NCBI GenBank assembly: GCA_965116905.1
Contig: OZ220732.1
Span: forward strand, 2,848,001 to 2,912,000
Length of the DNA stretch: 64,000 nt
Direction of reading: 5' to 3'
Source of the DNA: Longimicrobiales bacterium
GTDB lineage: Bacteria; Gemmatimonadota; Gemmatimonadetes; Longimicrobiales; Gaopeijiaceae
In this document: positions 56,186-64,000 of the stretch, one piece after another
Layout of the letters: the number at the start of each line of letters is the position of its first letter
Numbering within the stretch: the first letter of the stretch is position 1
Program-made: the position numbers and the translations under genes
The notes under the pieces: generated by a model
Told to the model about the DNA's origin: nothing
Database searches by the model: none
What the model saw: only the letters and a program-made list of their open reading frames with translations

Positions 56186-57786
56186 CGGTCGCCCATCGCA
56201 GCGACGCGGGCAAACAGCTCCGCCGGGGTGTCCACGGAGCGGGCCAGTGCCAGTGCTTCGGCCAGCACCCGGTCACGCTGCGCCAGCACGTCGAGCATGG
56301 GACCGTGGGCGTCGGCGCGGTACAGGTAGCGCATCTGTGTTCGCCAATCCAGGTAATCGCGTGCGACGGGGTCCTGGACGATCTCGGACGACATCCCCTC
56401 CGCAACGAGCTGTTCGGCAAGTCCGTCGAAGGATGAAGAGGGCAGGGGCTCGGCGCTTCCCGCCTCGAGAGCGTCCTTGGCCAGCTCGAAGGCGTACTCC
56501 TCGATGCGCACCGCGAAGGGCACACCAAGCTGGTTGGCGTGATTGAGGAGCGCCTCCTCCTGTGGCTTGAACGAGTCGTCGGCAACCTGCATGTCCGGGA
56601 AGACGCCGCCATCGCTCCGGAGTTCCCGTCCGGCCAGGGTCGCAACCGTCTGGCTCTCCGACTCGACCTCCGGTACGGGCGTGCCGTCGCTGTGCCGCGC
56701 CCGGTGCAGGGAACGGCCCAGCGGCGTGTGCCACGCACCCGTGGTGATGCTGATCCGTCGTCCTGCGATCAGCGGATAGACGGTCTGCACCACGCCCTTG
56801 CCGAACGTCCTCTGCCCCAGCACGACAGCCCGGTCGTGATCCTGCAACGCACCCGATATGATCTCGGCCGCGGACGCGGTGAACTCGTCAACCAGCACGA
56901 TGATGGGGGTGTCGGTGAGGCGCGCCGGGCTGCGGGCCGGCCAGGATTGCGTCTCCAGGATGCCGGTGGGACCCCGGGCCTCCGCGCTCGCCAGCCGCTG
57001 TCCCGGTGCCAGGAACAGGTCTACGATGCGCAAGGATTCGTCGAGGTACCCGCCGGGATTGCGGCGGAGGTCCATGACCAGCGCGCTCAAATCGCCGAAT
57101 TCCCGGAGGGCCTGGTCGAGTTCGTCCGCCGCACCCCGCGCGATGCGATCGATGGCGAGGAACGCGATCCCCCCGTCGAGCAGCGTCGCCTGCACGGCCT
57201 CGACATGCACATTGTCGCGCACGATCGTCATGGGGAGGGGCTCCTCGTAGCCGTCACGCGCCACGCGGATCTGGACGACGGTGCCGGGAGTCCCGCGTAT
57301 GGAGTCCCGCGCCTGATCGAGCGACCAGTCGCGCGCGTCATGCCCCTCCACCCAGACGATTCTGTCCCCCACGATCATTCCCGCGCCCTCGGCGGGCGTG
57401 TCCCGGAACACGGCGGTCACGGTCACCCGTCCCGCAAGGAGGCTGATCTGGACGCCGATTCCGGCGTAGTTGCCCGTGTTCGTTTCGGTGAACCGGCCGT
57501 ATTCGTCGGGAGTGAACACCCGTGCGTACGGGTCGTCCAGCTGCTCGAGGAGACCGTCGATCGCGCGTTCCCATAGAGCCGAGTCGCCCAGCGCCGTCGA
57601 GTGGTACTGGGAGATCGTCTCGAACACCTTGAGAAAGAGCCGGCCCTCTTCCGTGTCCAGGGGGGCCTGCGCGGACACGGAGTCCGCACGGGCTCCAATC
57701 CGAGCACTCGTGTCCTGGCCGTGCGCGGCTCCCGGGAGGAGCGCCAGCGCGGTGGCGATGGATGCAAGCGGGAATGTTCTTGGCAT
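56176..57786 (-). CDS. S41 family carboxy-terminal processing protease (PDZ domain)
   Basis: Signal peptide, DPY, GIGV (PDZ), [14 protein letters not shown] (Ser), TFGKG (Lys). ATG at 57786 after SD AAAGG. Confidence 0.93.
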   Translation of the reverse strand: MPRTFPLASIATALALLPGAAHGQDTSARIGARADSVSAQAPLDTEEGRLFLKVFETISQYHSTALGDSALWERAIDGLLEQLDDPYARVFTPDEYGRFTETNTGNYAGIGVQISLLAGRVTVTAVFRDTPAEGAGMIVGDRIVWVEGHDARDWSLDQARDSIRGTPGTVVQIRVARDGYEEPLPMTIVRDNVHVEAVQATLLDGGIAFLAIDRIARGAADELDQALREFGDLSALVMDLRRNPGGYLDESLRIVDLFLAPGQRLASAEARGPTGILETQSWPARSPARLTDTPIIVLVDEFTASAAEIISGALQDHDRAVVLGQRTFGKGVVQTVYPLIAGRRISITTGAWHTPLGRSLHRARHSDGTPVPEVESESQTVATLAGRELRSDGGVFPDMQVADDSFKPQEEALLNHANQLGVPFAVRIEEYAFELAKDALEAGSAEPLPSSSFDGLAEQLVAEGMSSEIVQDPVARDYLDWRTQMRYLYRADAHGPMLDVLAQRDRVLAEALALARSVDTPAELFARVAAMGDRQP

Positions 57787-57894
57787 GGTGCCTTTCTTTC
57801 TGTTTTTCGTAACCTCATAGATTATGGAACATTGTCCGCCGCCGGGGCTACCCCCGGCCCCGCATCCGCAGACGCAAACGGTCGAGAGTCCGAC

Positions 57895-59712
57895 ATGATC
57901 CACGGGGACCGGCTTCACGTCGGGCTCTGCCAGGTCAAGCCGCGCAAGGGAGACCTGGAGGCCAACGCGGCATTGGTACGGAGCATGCTGCATCGGGACG
58001 CGGACATCCTGGTCTTCCCCGAGACGGCGCTGACCGGCTACTTCGTCGAGGGCGCGGCCAGCGAGCTGGCGCTCACGCGGGACGGGCTGGTGCGCCGATT
58101 GGGGCCTCCGCCCGAAGGAGGCGGCTCCGATGTGGTTCTGGGCTTCTACGAGAAGGACACCCGGGGCGTCTATAACAGCATCGCCTACCTGACCCCCGGT
58201 CCGGGTCATTACGAAGTGGTACATGTGCACCGCAAGGTGTTCCTGCCGACCTACGGGCTCTTCGAGGAGAGCCGGTTCGTGGAGCCGGGGCGATCCGTGC
58301 ATGCGTTCGACACGCGCTTCGGACGACTCGGCATGCTGGTCTGCGAGGACTTGACCCACTCGCTGACGGCGTCGATCCTGGCGCTCGGCGGGGCGAGCCT
58401 GATTCTGTGCGGATGCGCTTCGCCCGCGCGCGGATTCGGACCGGAGCTGTCACGTCCGGCCAATCTCGTGACGTGGGACCGGATCGCCGCGCGCGCGGCC
58501 TCGGAGCACGGCGTCTTCGTGCTTCTTGCCCAGCTGGCTGGATCGGAGGGAGGCAAGCTCTTCGCTGGCGGCTCTTCGGCCTGGGGACCCGACGGGCGCC
58601 TGCTCGCGCGCGGGCCGCTCTTCGAGCCATGCGTGACCCCGGTTGAACTGGATCCGGACAAGGTGACCCGTGTGCGCGCCGAGTCTCCGTACCTGTCCGA
58701 CCTGACGACGGCCCTGCCGCATCTCCTGCGGTCGCTGGAGCGATCGTGGAGGGGGGAAGAGGGGGAGGGGGAGGGGGAGGGCGAAGGGGAGGGTCCTGGG
58801 GACAGTGGCCGCACGCGACGTGCCGACGATTCATCCGGGCAGGCCGTGGAATCGGCGCCCGCCGGGCAGCGCCAGCGCCCGGACGGCGAGGACCTGCAGG
58901 CACTCGCGATCGATCCGGAACTGGTGGAAGCCGCACTTGTCGAGTTCATCCGTGAGGAGGTGGTTCGGCGGCGCGGCTTTTCCCGGGTGGTGATCGGAGT
59001 CTCCGGCGGAGTGGACTCGGCGGTGTCCCTCGTCCTGGCCTGCAAGGCGCTGGGCCCGGACAACGTGTTCGCCTTTCGGCTCCCGTACGCCACCTCCAGT
59101 CCCGACAGCCTCGAGCACGCGCACCTGGTGATTTCCGCCGTGGGCGCGCACGAGCGCACGCTGTCGATCACCGATGCCGTGGACGCGTACGTGGATGCCC
59201 ACGAGCCGGAACTGACGCCGATGCGCCGAGGGAACCTGGCCGCACGGCAGCGTTCCCTGATCCTCTTCGATCAGTCGGCCAAGCTCGGCGCGCTCCCCCT
59301 CGGAACGGGCAACAAGAGCGAGCGCCTGCTCGGGTACTATACCTGGCACGCCGACGATTCTCCGCCGATCAACCCCCTCGGCGACCTGTTCAAGACGCAG
59401 GTGTGGACTCTGGCGCGGCACCTTGGCGTGCCGCCCGAAATCGTCGAGAAGCCGGCGAGCGCGGACCTGATCCGGGGCGTTCACGACGAAGACGAGCTGG
59501 GCATCTCGTACCACCGGGCCGACCCCGTCCTGCACTGGCTGCTGCAGGGGTACGATGTCGAGGCCCTCGTGGCCATGGGGTTCAGGCGTGACGAGGTGTC
59601 GACCGTCTGGCGGCGCCTGTCGTCGACGCACTGGAAGCGGCAGCTCCCGACGGTTGCACTGCTTTCGGACAGCGCGATCGGGCAGTGGTACCTGCGTCCG
59701 GTCGACTACTAG
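57895..59712 (+). CDS. nadE: Glutamine-dependent NAD+ synthetase (nitrilase domain plus synthetase domain)
   Basis: Nitrilase triad FPE / HRKVFLPTYG / LVCED. Synthetase motifs SGGVDS, GNLAARQR, GTGNKSE, PLGDLFKTQV, KPASADL. Confidence 0.94.
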   Translation: MIHGDRLHVGLCQVKPRKGDLEANAALVRSMLHRDADILVFPETALTGYFVEGAASELALTRDGLVRRLGPPPEGGGSDVVLGFYEKDTRGVYNSIAYLTPGPGHYEVVHVHRKVFLPTYGLFEESRFVEPGRSVHAFDTRFGRLGMLVCEDLTHSLTASILALGGASLILCGCASPARGFGPELSRPANLVTWDRIAARAASEHGVFVLLAQLAGSEGGKLFAGGSSAWGPDGRLLARGPLFEPCVTPVELDPDKVTRVRAESPYLSDLTTALPHLLRSLERSWRGEEGEGEGEGEGEGPGDSGRTRRADDSSGQAVESAPAGQRQRPDGEDLQALAIDPELVEAALVEFIREEVVRRRGFSRVVIGVSGGVDSAVSLVLACKALGPDNVFAFRLPYATSSPDSLEHAHLVISAVGAHERTLSITDAVDAYVDAHEPELTPMRRGNLAARQRSLILFDQSAKLGALPLGTGNKSERLLGYYTWHADDSPPINPLGDLFKTQVWTLARHLGVPPEIVEKPASADLIRGVHDEDELGISYHRADPVLHWLLQGYDVEALVAMGFRRDEVSTVWRRLSSTHWKRQLPTVALLSDSAIGQWYLRPVDY

Positions 59713-59764
59713 CTTCGGGCGTTCACCGGTCGGGCGTTCACCGGGCCCCCGGCCGTCCGGGCCG

Positions 59765-60796
59765 CTAGCGCGAACCCGCGATTCGGCGGCGCAGGGAATC
59801 GAGGAGAGGCGTCGGCGTCAGCGACCCGTCCATGATCTCGGCCAGCTCCTCCTCCCGGCGCCAGTGGGCCTCCAGTTCCGCCACCTGCATTGCCAGCAGC
59901 CGCTGCTCGCGTTCCTCGTGGACGGCGATCTCGAGCGCGACTCGTCCAAGGTTGCCGACCTGGCCCAGCGTCCTCCCCGGCCGAAGGATCCTGCCGGCAA
60001 GGGCCTGCGGGCCACCGGTAACCTCGATCAGGCGGGCCGCCCCCCTCACCCGTTTTTCCGATGCGCCGGCGAAGTGGTGGTATGCCAGCACCCTGCGGAG
60101 CGTGCGGTTGGCCTCCTGGCCACGAAGTTCCAATCCGGATTCGTTCGAGCGGTCGGTGCATCGGCTGCACGACAGGACGACGCCCTGGGCCTCTTCGTCC
60201 GCGGTGATGATCAGGCCGCCCCGGTCGCGGTAGCGGAAGCTCCGGATCGCCCTGCCGCACCGTCGGCACTGTCCGGTGCCCCGCCAGGCGATGTTGCCGA
60301 AACGGAGCCAGCGCGCCCCTCCGGTGACCAGGCCCGGAGCATTGTCCCAGATGAGCCAGGCCGCCAGAAAACTCATTCCGCCGGTCGCCCAGGAACCCGC
60401 GATCGCCGCTGCGGCTCCCACGGTACCGGCGGTCGAGAGCTTGCGGTAGCGCTCCCGGCGGGCGCGAAGTTCCCTGCCGTAGCGCCACCACGCTTCCTCC
60501 ACCAGCCTGGCTTGACCGACGCGGACGATCTCCAGAGGTCCGGCTCGCATCAGGGCGATGTTGTCCGTGCTGGACAGGAGCCGCCCCCGGTCTGTAACCA
60601 GTCGTTCCAGCTCCTCGAGCGCCTCCCACCGCGACTCGATCGGGATCAGGGACCAGCGCGAACAGGAGCGGCAGATTTGCCAGAGGCGCCCGCGCGCCGG
60701 GTCGTACGCCACGCGCCTGCCCCGGTCGAGGTGCTCGAGCGCTTCGTTCGGCCGGAAACCCTGGCCGCAGACGAGGCATTTCTGGTACATGCTCAT
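59765..60796 (-). CDS. Hypothetical protein with four CxxC motifs, a central hydrophobic segment and a C-terminal coiled coil
   Basis: CLVC, CRSC, CRRC, CSRC; full-length ORF between convergent nadE and divergent trpG. Confidence 0.75.
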   Translation of the reverse strand: MSMYQKCLVCGQGFRPNEALEHLDRGRRVAYDPARGRLWQICRSCSRWSLIPIESRWEALEELERLVTDRGRLLSSTDNIALMRAGPLEIVRVGQARLVEEAWWRYGRELRARRERYRKLSTAGTVGAAAAIAGSWATGGMSFLAAWLIWDNAPGLVTGGARWLRFGNIAWRGTGQCRRCGRAIRSFRYRDRGGLIITADEEAQGVVLSCSRCTDRSNESGLELRGQEANRTLRRVLAYHHFAGASEKRVRGAARLIEVTGGPQALAGRILRPGRTLGQVGNLGRVALEIAVHEEREQRLLAMQVAELEAHWRREEELAEIMDGSLTPTPLLDSLRRRIAGSR

Positions 60797-60819
60797 GATA
60801 CCCGCCTTATTATACGTGC

Positions 60820-61407
60820 ATGCTGGCCGTAATCGACAACTACGATTCCTTTACGTGGAACCTGGTCCAGATGCTTGGCGAACTGGGCCGGAACCCCCGC
60901 GTCTTCCGGAACGACGAGGTCACGCCGGACGAACTGCGCATCGGGGGAACCACCCGCCTGGTGGTGTCGCCGGGACCGTGCACCCCGGCCGAGGCCGGGA
61001 TCAGTGTCGAGGCCATCCGGACACTCGGGCCGACAACTCCGGTCCTGGGCGTGTGCCTCGGCCATCAGGCCATCGGCGAGGCGTACGGCGGCCGCACCAT
61101 CCGGGCTGCGCGAACGGTACACGGCAAGATCGGGAGGATACGCCACAACGGTGACCCGCTCTTCGCCGGCGTGCCCGAACGGAGCCGGGTGGCCCGCTAT
61201 CACTCGCTGGTGACTTCGCCGGACCTTCCCGGGGGTCTCGTTCCGATTGCCTGGAGCGCGGAACCGTCGGACGAGGGCGAGATCCAGGCCATGAGGCATC
61301 GCACGCATCCGGTCTGGGGGATTCAGTTCCATCCGGAGTCGTGGTTCACCGAGGGAGGGCGACGCATCCTGCGGAACTTCCTTGCCGTGCCCCCCGGTTC
61401 GGGGTAG
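60820..61407 (+). CDS. trpG: Anthranilate/aminodeoxychorismate synthase component II (glutamine amidotransferase)
   Basis: IDNYDSFT, SPGPC, GVCLGHQ, RYHSL, QFHPES. trpG and pabA cannot be distinguished from the sequence. Confidence 0.92.
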   Translation: MLAVIDNYDSFTWNLVQMLGELGRNPRVFRNDEVTPDELRIGGTTRLVVSPGPCTPAEAGISVEAIRTLGPTTPVLGVCLGHQAIGEAYGGRTIRAARTVHGKIGRIRHNGDPLFAGVPERSRVARYHSLVTSPDLPGGLVPIAWSAEPSDEGEIQAMRHRTHPVWGIQFHPESWFTEGGRRILRNFLAVPPGSG

Positions 61408-61467
61408 CTTGAGGTCCGTGAAACACACGGATTTTCGGGGTTCATGCCCCTCCTTCCCGGTGTCGCC

Positions 61468-63911
<2,444 letters not shown>

Positions 63912-63915
63912 GTCG

Positions 63916-64000
63916 GTGCCGCGTGTCGCTCGGCGCAGCGATTCCCGGCGTCGGATTGGCGGTACTCCGGGACCGTTCACACTCTTCGCGGGCCCCTGCG
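63916..64000 (+). CDS. kdsA: Probable 5' end of KDO-8-phosphate synthase (truncated by the window edge)
   Basis: GTG at 63916 after SD GGAG opens a frame ending ...GPFTLFAGPC, which resembles the KdsA N-terminal IAGPC motif; kdsB-pyrG-kdsA synteny. Confidence 0.6.
   Translation, partial: MPRVARRSDSRRRIGGTPGPFTLFAGPC

Noticed and set aside
57787..58359. Long upstream extensions of the S41 protease and nadE ORFs overlapping each other
   Set aside because: Both genes have better downstream starts (57786 and 57895) flanking an AT-rich divergent intergenic region.

Overview
High-GC bacterial chromosomal window made almost entirely of core housekeeping genes. Gene content and order suggest Gemmatimonadota; this is inference only. 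From left to right: a partial outer-membrane-like gene; a three-gene minus-strand cluster (MerA-like flavoprotein, VTT/TVP38-DUF547 fusion, fused TIGR04283+TIGR04282-type glycosyltransferases, i.e. arsenosugar/'rSAM-selenodomain'-type accessory genes); recA, alaS, PHP phosphatase, gmhA, SDR, cca, rarA, hflX, pdxJ, ispE, tRNA-Gln(TTG), prs-rplY-pth, a Na+-type membrane pyrophosphatase, an M20 hydrolase and a class II aldolase. Next come a single-ORF fusion of ribosomal proteins S6 and S18 behind an S6:S18-type leader RNA, then rplI, rsfS, smc, an RNase Z-like gene, DAHP synthase, yraN, SRP RNA, dnaX-ybaB-recR, pgsA, cinA, grpE-dnaJ, iscS-mnmA, sucCD, ndk, yceD-rpmF-plsX-fabHDG-acpP-fabF, ispF, dedA, xerD, an S41 protease, nadE, trpG and kdsB-pyrG-kdsA. 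No mobile element, prophage or CRISPR array is visible. The most unusual signals are the natural S6-S18 fusion (with a Cys-less S18), an SRP RNA whose conserved GNRA tetraloop is replaced by a CCGCA loop, the doubly fused arsenosugar-type module lacking its radical SAM partner in the window, and an AT-rich tandem palindrome inside smc. Product calls come from recognised motifs and synteny, not database searches.
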